Below are positions 46,205-56,994 of a DNA stretch of 64,000 nt, piece after piece. The stretch's first letter is position 1; every line of letters starts with the position of its first letter. The notes under the pieces are model-generated. The model worked only from the letters and a program-made list of their open reading frames with translations, had not been told where the DNA came from and made no database searches. Both the position numbers and the translations under genes were made by a program. The DNA comes from Candidatus Latescibacterota bacterium (lineage in GTDB: Bacteria > Latescibacterota > UBA2968), in contig OZ241986.1 of NCBI GenBank assembly GCA_965204375.1, positions 4,896,001 to 4,960,000 on the forward strand. Direction: 5' to 3'.

Positions 46205-47524
46205 TTAAGAACTCTCCATCTCAACTTCTATCATTTCACCAAGCCGGTCAATCAGATAAACCGGTATATGGATCACGTTTAGACCTGTAGAAGTCGTGAG
46301 TTTCCCTGGCATATCGAGATTGACGAGAACGCCCAAATTGCTCCCATGCCGCGCAGCGTATTCTGACAGACCGCCTGTATCCCGCGGCCTTGTAACAAGC
46401 GACGCTTTGCACTCGATGGGGATGGTATCGTCCAATGCCGTGCGAAAGATAAAATCGACTTCAGAACTATTGGCCCCTTTTTTCCAACCCGTCAAATCCT
46501 GTCCCAATGCCACGAGTTCAGTCGCCAGCATATTCTCAATAATACCCCCAAGGGGCGCACGATGAGCGGCATCGAGACTTGAGAGAATATCAATACGCGG
46601 CAGTGCCGTCAGCCGCAGATCATTGGCCAATCCCGGATCGTAGAGATAGCGTTTGGGCGAAAAGCCCTGCTGCTCTGGGCGTGTACCCTGAATATTGGAC
46701 TTGTAAATCAGTTTCCACGACTCGAGTAAATCCAGAAAATCCGGTACCCTTCTATAAAGAGCTGACGTAGGCCGAACCATCTGCGCGTACTTGCTCGGGC
46801 TGCCGAGATTTGATGCCACACCGCGCAAACACTGATCGAATAAAGATGCTTCTGTTGCCGAAAAAATTCTGGCAAAATCACTGCGATAGTCAAAATATAA
46901 ATCCCGACGCAACTGCCGCCAATCCATCTGGTCAAAAAACGATGAGGCAACCGCCGGTAGCCCTCCCACATCGAGATACGACTGCACGTATTTGAGAAGG
47001 CGTTCATGTAAAAACGGTGGAGGGTCCTTGAAATTGAGCAATTCTTCCTCGTTACCACAGCGGAGAAACTCTCTAAAACTGAAGGTTTGCAACAAAAATC
47101 GCGTAACCCTTCCAACGGGAAAGCGCGTTTCTGGCCCGAAGATGCGCGACATAGAACTACCCGTGAGAATAACCGGTGTGTGCTGCCATTTTTCTTTCAT
47201 AAATCGCACAAAACTGCCCAGCACAGAACTCTCCTGCGCCTCATCAATACACAAAATGCGTTGCCCATCGCCTTTGAACTGGTACACAGTCGCAAGATAC
47301 GTCTCAAAATCTGCAAAATCCCTGCAAGAATTGAGATCGTGAACCGCGCGGTTGTCCTCCTCCAGATTCAAATAGAGAATCTCGCGGTCCAGTTTCGGTC
47401 TGATAGATTCTACAAGCGTGGTCTTGCCAACCTGCCGCGCGCCCTCTAACAGGGCGACATTCGGATGTTCAACGCGATGAGATAGATGTGCAATCAGACG
47501 TTTTTCCAGATCTCTTTGTACCAT
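46205..47524 (-). CDS. AAA_14 ATPase + DUF4143 (PD-(D/E)xK) protein
   Basis: Motifs GARQVGKTT, IDEAQ, TGSS, FPVGRV, GGLP, KRYLYDPG and EVDF...IECK. Confidence 0.9.
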   Translation of the reverse strand: MVQRDLEKRLIAHLSHRVEHPNVALLEGARQVGKTTLVESIRPKLDREILYLNLEEDNRAVHDLNSCRDFADFETYLATVYQFKGDGQRILCIDEAQESSVLGSFVRFMKEKWQHTPVILTGSSMSRIFGPETRFPVGRVTRFLLQTFSFREFLRCGNEEELLNFKDPPPFLHERLLKYVQSYLDVGGLPAVASSFFDQMDWRQLRRDLYFDYRSDFARIFSATEASLFDQCLRGVASNLGSPSKYAQMVRPTSALYRRVPDFLDLLESWKLIYKSNIQGTRPEQQGFSPKRYLYDPGLANDLRLTALPRIDILSSLDAAHRAPLGGIIENMLATELVALGQDLTGWKKGANSSEVDFIFRTALDDTIPIECKASLVTRPRDTGGLSEYAARHGSNLGVLVNLDMPGKLTTSTGLNVIHIPVYLIDRLGEMIEVEMESS

Positions 47525-47545
47525 GCTTTTATCCTCTTTCGACAA

Positions 47546-47595
47546 AATTTAGCTAAAAATTGTCATGATTTCAACAGAATTTAGCTAAAAATTGT
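47546..47595. promoter_or_regulatory. 18-bp direct repeat in the divergent promoter region
   Basis: AATTTAGCTAAAAATTGT at 47546-47563 and 47578-47595. Confidence 0.7.
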
Positions 47596-47632
47596 ACGAA
47601 TTCAGAAGAAAAGCACCTGGAGACAGGTCGTC

Positions 47633-48058
47633 ATGAAACGGATCGCAATTATATTTTTGGGATTGTTCTTGAGCACTTGTGGCGCAGAATCGCCTACATC
47701 GCCACAGGCCCTGGCGGGAATCTACACATTGCAGGCGGTTAAAATTGACTCGGGAATCGGACGCGCCCAGGTCTATCGAAATCATGAGGCGGAAGAAAAT
47801 CCACCCACTGGATTTATCGAATTAAACCCGGACAGAACCTATCGCTTATTTGCGAGCTTTGGCGGTCCGGATCAAAATATTTGGGAAACGAATGGAAACT
47901 ACGCTATAAATTCGAAATTGGAAATCACATTTTCCACATCGGGAAGAAATTTCTCGGGATTTTTCTACAACAAACAAAGTCGGATTGCCGTGACAGAATC
48001 ACTCTCTGATTCTATCGTACTCATGATATTTGAAAGAGATCAACAGACGCCATCCTAA
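47633..48058 (+). CDS. Hypothetical lipoprotein (lipocalin-like beta barrel)
   Basis: Lipobox-like LSTCG, LAGIYTL and a GNY motif, with RBS ggag. Confidence 0.7.
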   Translation: MKRIAIIFLGLFLSTCGAESPTSPQALAGIYTLQAVKIDSGIGRAQVYRNHEAEENPPTGFIELNPDRTYRLFASFGGPDQNIWETNGNYAINSKLEITFSTSGRNFSGFFYNKQSRIAVTESLSDSIVLMIFERDQQTPS

Positions 48059-48067
48059 CCCCCTCAC

Positions 48068-48994
48068 TCACACCCCCAACACCATCTGCAACAGCGCCAT
48101 ACGAATAAAAACACCGTTATGTGCCTGGCGAAAATACGCAGCGCGGGGATCTGTATCAACAGCCGGATCAATCTCATCCACCCTGGGCAAGGGATGCATC
48201 ACAATCGCATTCTCCGAAAGCGCCGACATCGTCTCCACATCGATAATATATTTTCCCCGCGCCCTTTCATAATCTTGTATCCGATCACCAAACCGCTCGC
48301 GCTGAATCCGCGTCTGATACACCACATCTACCTTCGACATCACGCTCATCAAATCTTCTTCTTCCTCAAACACCACCCCGTGTTCTGTCAGATATCCCTT
48401 GATATCATCTCTCATACGCACGACATTTGGCGCGACAAAATACAACTTCACACCTTCGTACTTCGTCAACAAATAAGCCAGCGATCGCGCCGTGCGACCA
48501 TTTGCCAAATCGCCGACCAATGCCACGTGAATACCATCTAACCTGCCGATCTCTTTCTGAATCGTGTACACATCCAAAAGCGCCTGCGTGGGATGCTGCC
48601 CAGGCCCGTCGCCCGCATTGATAATGGGAACCTTTGCCACATCTGCTGCTCGTCGCGCAGAGCCGCCCTCGTAGTGCCGCAACACAATCACATCGGAATA
48701 CCCCTCTACAATACGGATCGTATCCTCCAGCGTCTCACCCTTTGCCGCCGAAGAAAACTCCCGCGCACTCTCCGTCGTAATCACTTCGCCGCCCAGGCGA
48801 TACATCGCCGCTTCAAAAGACAACCGCGTGCGCGTACTCGGTTCATAAAACAAAGTCGCCATAATCCGCCGATTCAAAATATTCGAACCATAACGGCTGA
48901 CCACATGCTCCATCTCGCGCGTCACGTCAAAAATCTCATTCATAACATCTCGACTAAATTGCTGCGCCTCAAGTACGTGAAACAGACTGTCCAT
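48068..48994 (-). CDS. pyrB: Aspartate carbamoyltransferase catalytic subunit
   Basis: Motifs [36 protein letters not shown] and MHPLPR. Confidence 0.97.
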   Translation of the reverse strand: MDSLFHVLEAQQFSRDVMNEIFDVTREMEHVVSRYGSNILNRRIMATLFYEPSTRTRLSFEAAMYRLGGEVITTESAREFSSAAKGETLEDTIRIVEGYSDVIVLRHYEGGSARRAADVAKVPIINAGDGPGQHPTQALLDVYTIQKEIGRLDGIHVALVGDLANGRTARSLAYLLTKYEGVKLYFVAPNVVRMRDDIKGYLTEHGVVFEEEEDLMSVMSKVDVVYQTRIQRERFGDRIQDYERARGKYIIDVETMSALSENAIVMHPLPRVDEIDPAVDTDPRAAYFRQAHNGVFIRMALLQMVLGV

Positions 48995-49111
48995 ATCTTA
49001 CCCTCCGCGTAAAAAAAAACGCCCCCTTGTGAGGGAGCGTTTGTATTCAATATTTGTTTTGCCCAGTCGTCATTTGTCCCAAAATATAGGCGAGAAAAAC
49101 GGCTTTTGCAA
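48995..49111 (-). promoter_or_regulatory. pyrB promoter and leader containing an intrinsic terminator (candidate attenuator)
   Basis: TTGCAA-17-TATATT at 49111-49083. A hairpin AAACGCTCCCTCACAAGGGGGCG with a T9 tract (49042-49011) lies just before the RBS GGAGG. Confidence 0.7.
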
Positions 49112-49142
49112 GAGGAAAAAACGCGTGAAAACCGACCACAAG

Positions 49143-49171
49143 TTGACACAAACCCAAAATCAGAGTATCAT
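49143..49171 (+). promoter_or_regulatory. Sigma70-type promoter of glyQS
   Basis: TTGACA-17-TATCAT. Confidence 0.7.
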
Positions 49172-49217
49172 TTGGCCTCTAACCGCTGACCACGATACAC
49201 CAATTGAGGAACCACCT

Positions 49218-52193
49218 GTGAGCAACCACCTGAATTTTCAAGACCTGATCATGCGCCTCGAGTGCTTCTGGGCCGACAACGGCTGTATAATATGGCAACC
49301 CTACAGCGAAAAAGTGGGCGCAGGCACCATGAACGCCGCCACGGTTCTGCGCGTCCTCGGGCCCGAACCGTGGAACGTCGCCTATGTTGAACCCTCCTAT
49401 CGTCCCGATGACGGGCGCTTTGGCGAAAACCCCAACCGCATGCAAATGCACACCCAGTATCAGGTCATCCTCAAACCCGACCCCGGCAATCCGCAGGAAC
49501 TCTATCTCAAAAGCCTCGGAGCACTGGGCCTCGATTGCAAAGCGCACGACATCCGCTTTGTCGAAGACAACTGGGAATCGCCCGCCCTGGGTGCATGGGG
49601 CCTGGGATGGGAAGTGTGGTTAGACGGCATGGAAATCACGCAATTTACCTATTTCCAGCAAGCGGGCGGCATGCAACTCGATCCCGTAGCCGTTGAAATC
49701 ACCTACGGCCTCGAACGCATTGCCATGTACCTTCAAGGCGTGGATGAAGTCTGGCAACTGCAGTGGAACAACACCGTGACCTATGGCGACATCCTCAAAA
49801 AACAAGAAATAGAATATTGCAACTACGAGTTCTATTGGGCCGACGTCAACCGCCTCAAATCCATGTACGACATCTTTTTAGCCGAAGCCCAGGCAGCCCT
49901 CGACCGCGACCTCGTCATCCCCGCACACGACTACGTCATTCGCTGCTCGCACACCTTTAATCTACTCGACACGCGCGGCGCAATTGGCGTAACCGAACGC
50001 GCCCGTTTTTTTGCCCAAATGCGCGACCTCTCGCGCCAAATAGCCGAAGCCTATGTCGAACAGCGCGCAGACCAGGGACATCCCCTTGTAGAATCATCAA
50101 AGGACGAACCTCCACTGGTATCCAAAGCCGACGACCTGCCCGAAGTAGATACCGCCGATCTCCTGCTCGAAATCGGCTCTGAAGAACTGCCTCCCGCCGA
50201 TGTGGTCAGCGCCATAGCACAACTCGAAAAATTGCTACCCGAACACCTCGGCGAGGCAAATCTCACGTACGACAGCATCGAAGTCAGCGGCACGCCGCGC
50301 AGGCAATACGCCATCGTCAAAAATCTGCAGGGACGGCAACCCGATGAAATCAGACAAGCGCGCGGACCGGCCATCCGCATCGCCTATGACAATGACGGCA
50401 ACCCCACCCGGGCACTTCAGGGATTTGCCCGCGGACAGGGCATTGATCCATCAGACGTTGAACAGCGCGACGACTACGTCTGGGCGGGCATCACCATTTA
50501 CGGGCGCAAAACCCAGGAAATCCTCTCTGAACTGCTGCCCGAACTCATCGCCAAACTCAGCTTTGGCAAAACCATGCGCTGGAATTCCGAAGGCATCGCA
50601 TATCCGCGCCCCCTCCGCTGGATTGTCGCCCTCTTTGGCGATCAAATCATCCCATTCACTTATGCGCGTGCAACAGCAGGACGCACGAGCCGCGGGCTGC
50701 GCCCCAATGCAGAAATCGAAATTGCTTCTGCCTCTGACTATCGCGCGCAAATGCAAAAACACGGCATCGCAGTCAACCGCGACAAAAGGCGGGAAGCCAT
50801 CAAACAGCAAGTCGAAACAGTAGCCCAACAAATCGACGGCAGCGTACCAGACGATCCCGACCTGCTCGACGAAGTCACCGACCTCGTCGAAGCCCCACAC
50901 GCGCTTTGCGGCACCTTTGAAAGCGCGCGCCTTTCCCTACCCCGCGAAATGCTCATCGCCGTCATGAAAAAACACCAGCGGTATTTCCCGGTACTCGACG
51001 AAAAAGGCGACCTCAAACCCAACTTCATCACCGTGTGCAATGGGCTACCCGACGACCCCGACCTCGTCGTCAAAGGCAATGAAAACGTCATACGCGCCCG
51101 ATATGCCGACGCCAGATTCTTTTACGAAGACGACACAACCAAAAAACTCGGCGACTTTCTCACGCGCCTCGACACCCTCACCTTTCAAGAAAAACTCGGC
51201 TCTATGCGCGACAAAACCCGCCGCGTTGAAAAACTCGTCGGCGACTTATCTGGCGCGCTTGAACTTCAGGGAGAAAATAAAAAAGCGGCTCTGCGCGCAG
51301 CCGTATTGTGCAAAGCCGACCTGGCGACCAGCATGGTCGTCGAAATGACCTCCCTGCAGGGCACCATGGGCCGCTATTACGCCCTGTCTTCAGGTGAAAC
51401 GAAAGCCGTTGCGCGCGCCATTGAAGACCATTATCATCCGCGCTTCCCGGGCGACTCACTGCCCCAAACACAACCCGGTCTCGCCGTCTCAATAGCCGAT
51501 CGTCTCGACAGCCTCGCCGGTCTTTTTGGCGTGGGCATCAAACCCCGCTCAAATGCCGACCCTTATGGTCTCAGGCGCGACACCCTGGGCCTGCTTTCAA
51601 ATCTCCTCGGTTACAAAATGCATTTTTCACTGCGCCAGGGCCTCAACACAGCCGCCAAGCACTTGCCCGTTGTGGTCAAACGAGAAGCCCTCGACGAAGC
51701 CTTTGACTACATCATCCGCCGCCTCGAAGTCGTCTTGCGCGACGAGGGCCTGCGCCACGACGCGATTTCCGCTGCGATTGCGGAAAATCTGGATGACCCC
51801 TATCAAATCCAGCGGATCGCCCGGGCATTTACCGCACAAATCCATTCTGATCAATGGCTCGATATTCTCCACGCCCATGCGCGGTGCAAACGCATTGTGC
51901 GCGACCTCTCGGAACACTACGACCTCAATCCCGACTGCGATCCCGAAGAAGCATCTATAGCACTGCACAAAGCCTATCTCGCCGCGCGCAAAACAATGGA
52001 CACATCCGACGACAAACTCACTGCCCTGATCCAGGTCATGGTCGAATTGCGCGACCCCATCAACCGCTTCTTCGAAGACGTGCTCATCATGGTCGATGAT
52101 CCCGACCTCAAGCAATCGCGCCTCGCCCTTGCCCAGCACATCGCCGCCCTGCCCGACGGCATTGCAGACCTGAGCCAGTTTGAGGGATTCTGA
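49218..52193 (+). CDS. glyQS: Glycine--tRNA ligase, fused alpha+beta subunits
   Basis: Alpha motifs [32 protein letters not shown] and ITYGLER are followed in frame by beta motifs [19 protein letters not shown] and DPYGLRR. GTG start with RBS gagga. Confidence 0.95.
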   Translation: MSNHLNFQDLIMRLECFWADNGCIIWQPYSEKVGAGTMNAATVLRVLGPEPWNVAYVEPSYRPDDGRFGENPNRMQMHTQYQVILKPDPGNPQELYLKSLGALGLDCKAHDIRFVEDNWESPALGAWGLGWEVWLDGMEITQFTYFQQAGGMQLDPVAVEITYGLERIAMYLQGVDEVWQLQWNNTVTYGDILKKQEIEYCNYEFYWADVNRLKSMYDIFLAEAQAALDRDLVIPAHDYVIRCSHTFNLLDTRGAIGVTERARFFAQMRDLSRQIAEAYVEQRADQGHPLVESSKDEPPLVSKADDLPEVDTADLLLEIGSEELPPADVVSAIAQLEKLLPEHLGEANLTYDSIEVSGTPRRQYAIVKNLQGRQPDEIRQARGPAIRIAYDNDGNPTRALQGFARGQGIDPSDVEQRDDYVWAGITIYGRKTQEILSELLPELIAKLSFGKTMRWNSEGIAYPRPLRWIVALFGDQIIPFTYARATAGRTSRGLRPNAEIEIASASDYRAQMQKHGIAVNRDKRREAIKQQVETVAQQIDGSVPDDPDLLDEVTDLVEAPHALCGTFESARLSLPREMLIAVMKKHQRYFPVLDEKGDLKPNFITVCNGLPDDPDLVVKGNENVIRARYADARFFYEDDTTKKLGDFLTRLDTLTFQEKLGSMRDKTRRVEKLVGDLSGALELQGENKKAALRAAVLCKADLATSMVVEMTSLQGTMGRYYALSSGETKAVARAIEDHYHPRFPGDSLPQTQPGLAVSIADRLDSLAGLFGVGIKPRSNADPYGLRRDTLGLLSNLLGYKMHFSLRQGLNTAAKHLPVVVKREALDEAFDYIIRRLEVVLRDEGLRHDAISAAIAENLDDPYQIQRIARAFTAQIHSDQWLDILHAHARCKRIVRDLSEHYDLNPDCDPEEASIALHKAYLAARKTMDTSDDKLTALIQVMVELRDPINRFFEDVLIMVDDPDLKQSRLALAQHIAALPDGIADLSQFEGF

Positions 52194-52197
52194 TTTA

Positions 52198-52295
52198 GAA
52201 GTGTGAAGTAGGAAGTGTGAAGTGTGAAGATAAGACACCTGCCTTTGGGCGGTTGGGCGGGGCCTTCTCACTTCTCACTTTTTCCTTCTAACTTC
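52198..52295. repeat. Inverted arrays of heptamer repeats between convergent genes
   Basis: GAAGTGT/GAAGTAG units at 52198-52230 face CACTTCT/AACTTCT-like units at 52265-52295. Confidence 0.65.
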
Positions 52296-53615
52296 TTAAA
52301 GCTGTATCTTTGTCTGAATATTCAAAATCCGTTCGCGCCGAAATCCGCCGGAGCCATCTGGCAAATAAGTAAATTCGGCCTCCATTATCACCACCGTATT
52401 CTTTACGGGTTCCAGCGCGACCACATATCCAAACCGCGTATTGGGCGTACCATCGAACAAGCTTCTCAGGCTGACGTTCCGAAAGCGTTTCTCAAAATAC
52501 CCCTCTGCCCGTGTCACTTTTTTTATTTTGGGTATCTGTTCCAAAAATTCTGGTATCATACCCGCGCGACCTTCCACAATTTGGGCATCGCCGACATCTC
52601 CGCGCAAGTGTTGATAGGAACCACTCGCTACAAAAATGCCGTAAAATCTCACAAGAGCACTGCCAAACACCCCTTGCATCGACCCAGACTGCAACGTGGC
52701 TTCGCGCGTTGTAATAGCCCCCGTACCCGGATCGACAATTGCGCGATTGACATCGTAGAGCGCGTCAAAATGCCCGGCCTGAAACCGACCGTTTACCCAT
52801 CGATACTCAACCTGCAATCGCGCCGGTCCTGCATCAACCATCACACCGGGCAAAGCGAGACCCGTACCACTCTCCTCATCCAGAATTCGCCCAGCGCCCG
52901 CATACAGCCTCGCCCTTAGATGTCGCCTATTGATAAACGGATAGCCCACATCAACACTCGCGGCTGCAAACGCATCGCGCGGCAGGTCTGCGCGAATTGA
53001 ATCGGGCAGAGCGCTGAGTTGATCCGCATCCACAACCGCCGTGACGCCCATATCCAATAGCGGAACCGGTTGAAATTCGACGCGCCCCCCAAAAACAGGT
53101 CCACCGCCTTCTAAATCCAGCAAATTGCCGATCAGGGCGCGCACGGTCAAATGCCTGAAAACATGGCGAATTCTCATGTCCAAACCCGCGCGTTTTATCC
53201 CCGGTGAACCGTGCGTATTGCGATAGTTGCGCATCACCAGCCCCGTGCCCAATGTCACCCATTCTAAAGCGCCGACATGTACAGACAGCCGCCGATTGCG
53301 GTCATCGATATCTCCATAGCGCACGTAGTGAATTTTTCGCAACAGACTCTCCACACCTCGTCGCCTGCTCGAAAAATCCCAGCCACTGTCCCGAATACGA
53401 CCCTCATGATCCAAAAAAATTTCCAGATCAAAAGCCGCAGACAAGTCCCCAATGCGTATGCGAGGCTGTATATTATAGCGTTGCCTCTGCTCTTGCTCAA
53501 CCGTTACAGAACCCAGTATCGCAGACAAGTCCAATGGAATTCCTATTGCATCTGCGGAAACACCTTCAAAAATCAGCCCCCAAAATGCGACAATCCAACA
53601 AAAGCGATACCGCAT
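52296..53615 (-). CDS. Hypothetical secreted/outer-membrane beta-barrel protein
   Basis: Signal peptide, amphipathic beta strands, YVRYG, TLGTGLVMRNYRN and a C-terminal alternating hydrophobic strand. Confidence 0.7.
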   Translation of the reverse strand: MRYRFCWIVAFWGLIFEGVSADAIGIPLDLSAILGSVTVEQEQRQRYNIQPRIRIGDLSAAFDLEIFLDHEGRIRDSGWDFSSRRRGVESLLRKIHYVRYGDIDDRNRRLSVHVGALEWVTLGTGLVMRNYRNTHGSPGIKRAGLDMRIRHVFRHLTVRALIGNLLDLEGGGPVFGGRVEFQPVPLLDMGVTAVVDADQLSALPDSIRADLPRDAFAAASVDVGYPFINRRHLRARLYAGAGRILDEESGTGLALPGVMVDAGPARLQVEYRWVNGRFQAGHFDALYDVNRAIVDPGTGAITTREATLQSGSMQGVFGSALVRFYGIFVASGSYQHLRGDVGDAQIVEGRAGMIPEFLEQIPKIKKVTRAEGYFEKRFRNVSLRSLFDGTPNTRFGYVVALEPVKNTVVIMEAEFTYLPDGSGGFRRERILNIQTKIQL

Positions 53616-53778
53616 AAAATCGCCTCCAAAATGATTTAGCTCCAATTCTCGCCCTTTGACTCAACATAAGACTCTTTTTTTAAAGGGAAAAGTACCGAAT
53701 CGCAAAAAGCGGAACCGACCCATCAGTCAAGCGTTATCAACATAGTCTCATTTATAAGGTTTAACTGATTGGAATCTA

Positions 53779-53807
53779 TTGACAAAGACATTGCCTTACA
53801 ATATAAT
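53779..53807 (+). promoter_or_regulatory. Consensus sigma70 promoter
   Basis: Exact TTGACA-17-TATAAT. Confidence 0.8.
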
Positions 53808-53859
53808 AACAAATGTTAAAACACATCTGGTCCTCCGACTTTTCCATCGGGAGAATACC

Positions 53860-56340
53860 ATGAAAATTGGATTGCGGTTCTGGATGGTTGTCTGCTGTGT
53901 CTCTTGCATTGCACTGCCTCTTTTTGCAGAAGAAGATGAAACGCCTCCACAAGACACAACCTACCGAAATACGATGTTTGCCCTGGGTCAGCGTCAGATT
54001 CAAGCGGGTGAAATCAACGAGGCCATGGCGACTCTCCAACGCATTTTAGAACTTTTCCCCGAAGACGCCCATGTGTATTCTCAACTGGGTTATATCTATC
54101 TCAAACGGAAAGAATACAAAGAAGCTGAAGGCGCCTTCAAAACAGCCAAAAAATTCGACAAAAGCCTCGTCGAGGCCTATGTCGGACTCGGTCTTACGTA
54201 TGCCGAAGCACCCACGCGGGGAATGCAATCTTATTACAATTTCCGCAGAGCCATTCGCGAAGCCAAGCGCGCCACCAAACTCGATCCCAACTACGGCCCG
54301 GCCTATCGTCTGCTCGGCGAAGTCTATGAGCGATTTCAAGAAGACCACAATAGGGCTATGCAGTACTATCAGAAATACGTCGAACTCGAACCCGACAATC
54401 CCGAGGGCCTTTATTATTACGGCTTAGCCTGTGTACAGGCCAAAGCATTTGACAAAATTCTCGAACATATTGCCCCTTATCTCTCGGCACACCCCGATGT
54501 GGTTCAGCTCTTGCCCATTGTTGCACAGAGTCATTTTTACAACGACGAGGCGCAAAAAGCCCTTGAACTCTTCGAACGTTATCTCGCCAACATCGAAGGC
54601 AGTGAACGCGCACATTACACCGATATTTCCTACATTGCCTCAGCCACAGAACTCCAGGAATACCACGCCGCCACGCCAGGACCCGAACAACAGGCATATC
54701 GCGAGCAATTCTGGGCACGGCGCGACCCCGACATCCTCACCAAACTCAACGAGCGCGTCATCGAACACTACCGCCGCACATGGTATGCGCGCACCTATTT
54801 TTCGTCCAATGTCTATCCCTGGGATGAACGGGGTGCTGTTTATATCCGATATGGCGAACCCGACTACCGGTCGCGCTCCAATGATCGCAACTTTGTCCAA
54901 ACCACCGAAGTAGAGCGTGTGCGCACGCAGATGGCCGTTGACATCTACGGTCCTGAAGCGGCCTTCTTCACCTTCACAGGTCCCGTCTTTCCCATTCGCA
55001 CCAGCCGCGAAACAGGCTCTCTCTTTGAACAAGGCGATCCTATGGACATCGCCGACGCGAGTTTTACGGGCGAAGAAACTGGCGAAGCTGCCGACGAAAG
55101 TATGGACGAACTCCCCGAGGCCGAAGGCGGTGAGGCTGAGGACTTCAGGCTCGGTTTTGAGCGCAATCCATTTGATCGCGATGGCACCATCGAAAGCGTT
55201 CTCGATGAGCAAACGGGACAACTCAACACCCGCTTGCAATTTGGCCGCTATTCACCTGTTACCATTGGCAGTGAAATTGATACCGTGCCCTGGGAAACCT
55301 GGACCTATATTCAGATCAATGGGGGCATAGAGATTACCTTTACCGACGAATGGGGCAGTGGACGCTATGACTTTGCCCCATTACCCGAAGCCACAACCGA
55401 AGATCCCGACGCCATTGCTTATATCGCCCGCATGACCGAACACACCCCCGAAGTCATCTATCAGCAAGCCGTATCGACTTCACCCGATTTTTATCGCCCT
55501 GGTCTTCCCGGCGATATACTCAATTTCTACTATGATCTGGCGCACTTCCGCGGACCCGACGGGCAAACCAATCTCGAGATTTATTACGGCATCCCGCCCG
55601 AGCAGGTCGAAATTGAGCAAGAAGCCGATTCGAGTTTCATACATGTGCAATTGGCCGTTGCGCTGGCAAATGAAGGTCATACATCTATCTATCGCACAAC
55701 TGATGAGTTCGCGTATCGCGGCGCGCAAGTACCCAGCACAATCGAACAGGGTGCTTTTGTTCCTGAAATCATCAAAACACAGGTACCGCCCGGCAAATAC
55801 GAACTTCAAGTGCAAATGAAAGACCTCATCTCTGGACGCACCGGACTCTACCGGCAAGAACTCGAAGTCAGAGACTATCAGATCCCAGAGCTTCAAGTCA
55901 GTGAAATTCAACTGGCCTCGAGTATCGCGGAAGAAGGCGCGACAAAATACCAAAAAGAAGACGTGTGGATCATTCCCATTCCCACGCGCAGTTATGCCCT
56001 AAAGCAAAATGTCTATGCCTACTTTGAAATCTACAACCTGGCCAAAGACACCTTTGGACAAACCCGTTACAAAACCGAATACCGCATTCGCTCCAGTGCC
56101 ATGCCCGCCGTTGGCGTATTTGGTGCAGTGGCTACGGGGTTGCGCACCATCTTTAGAGCCAGCAAACCCCAGGTGGCCATCACCAACGAGCTCACGGGAC
56201 GCGACGCCGACGAACGGGAATACGTTGAAATCGTACTCAACAAAGTCAGACCCGGGGTCAACGCACTCGAGGTCATCGTAACCGATCTGGTCAGTGGCAA
56301 GAGCGTCGAACGCGAAGTGCGCTTCCGGTATGGGAATTAA
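53860..56340 (+). CDS. Secreted TPR + GWxTD-domain protein
   Basis: Signal peptide, TPR repeats, FWARRDPD...NER..EHYRR...WDERGAVYIRYGEPD, ETWTY and C-terminal Ig-like domains. Confidence 0.85.
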   Translation: MKIGLRFWMVVCCVSCIALPLFAEEDETPPQDTTYRNTMFALGQRQIQAGEINEAMATLQRILELFPEDAHVYSQLGYIYLKRKEYKEAEGAFKTAKKFDKSLVEAYVGLGLTYAEAPTRGMQSYYNFRRAIREAKRATKLDPNYGPAYRLLGEVYERFQEDHNRAMQYYQKYVELEPDNPEGLYYYGLACVQAKAFDKILEHIAPYLSAHPDVVQLLPIVAQSHFYNDEAQKALELFERYLANIEGSERAHYTDISYIASATELQEYHAATPGPEQQAYREQFWARRDPDILTKLNERVIEHYRRTWYARTYFSSNVYPWDERGAVYIRYGEPDYRSRSNDRNFVQTTEVERVRTQMAVDIYGPEAAFFTFTGPVFPIRTSRETGSLFEQGDPMDIADASFTGEETGEAADESMDELPEAEGGEAEDFRLGFERNPFDRDGTIESVLDEQTGQLNTRLQFGRYSPVTIGSEIDTVPWETWTYIQINGGIEITFTDEWGSGRYDFAPLPEATTEDPDAIAYIARMTEHTPEVIYQQAVSTSPDFYRPGLPGDILNFYYDLAHFRGPDGQTNLEIYYGIPPEQVEIEQEADSSFIHVQLAVALANEGHTSIYRTTDEFAYRGAQVPSTIEQGAFVPEIIKTQVPPGKYELQVQMKDLISGRTGLYRQELEVRDYQIPELQVSEIQLASSIAEEGATKYQKEDVWIIPIPTRSYALKQNVYAYFEIYNLAKDTFGQTRYKTEYRIRSSAMPAVGVFGAVATGLRTIFRASKPQVAITNELTGRDADEREYVEIVLNKVRPGVNALEVIVTDLVSGKSVEREVRFRYGN

Positions 56341-56351
56341 AACGCTCTCTT

Positions 56352-56924
56352 ATGCGCATCATCGCTGGGGAATTTAAGGGCCGCCGCATCCCCTTTAACA
56401 ACAAAAAGCACGGCAATGCCCGCGTCACATCCGACTTTGTCAAAAAAGCCGTATTCTCTTCCCTTGGCGAAATCCTCCACGGCAAATATTTCCTCGACCT
56501 CTTCTCCTGCTCTGGTCAAATCGGCCTCGAAGCCTGTAGCCGCGGTGCGCATGTGGTTATCAATGAACCCGACCGCCGCTGCAACCGCTTCATCGCACAG
56601 CTCATAGACAATTGGCATCTCAACGACCGCATCCAACTCTATGCGCGTCCCGCACAAAGACTCTTGCCCCAACTCGCGCGGTCCCGTTCCATATTTGACA
56701 TCATCTACCTCGACCCTCCCTATCACCAACAATTAGACGGACAACCCATGTCCTGCGCGATACTCACCCGCCTCGCAACAATGCCTATCCTTGCGCCCAA
56801 TGCCCGCATTCTCGTCCAACACGCCTCTCGTACAACACTACCAAAATCCTTTCCCAACCTCATCCTCTCCCGAGAAAAAAAATACGGCGACACAATGCTG
56901 AGCACATATACCCTTACTTTCTAA
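56352..56924 (+). CDS. rsmD: 16S rRNA m2G966 methyltransferase family
   Basis: Motifs MRIIAGEFKGR, LDLFSCSG, EACSRGA, DPPY and KYGDT. Confidence 0.88.
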   Translation: MRIIAGEFKGRRIPFNNKKHGNARVTSDFVKKAVFSSLGEILHGKYFLDLFSCSGQIGLEACSRGAHVVINEPDRRCNRFIAQLIDNWHLNDRIQLYARPAQRLLPQLARSRSIFDIIYLDPPYHQQLDGQPMSCAILTRLATMPILAPNARILVQHASRTTLPKSFPNLILSREKKYGDTMLSTYTLTF

Positions 56925-56994
56925 CTTGCTATTCACTGCCAAAATCACTATGTTCTAAAAATTGCAAAAGCCATTATACCTGAAGGAGGAATCA

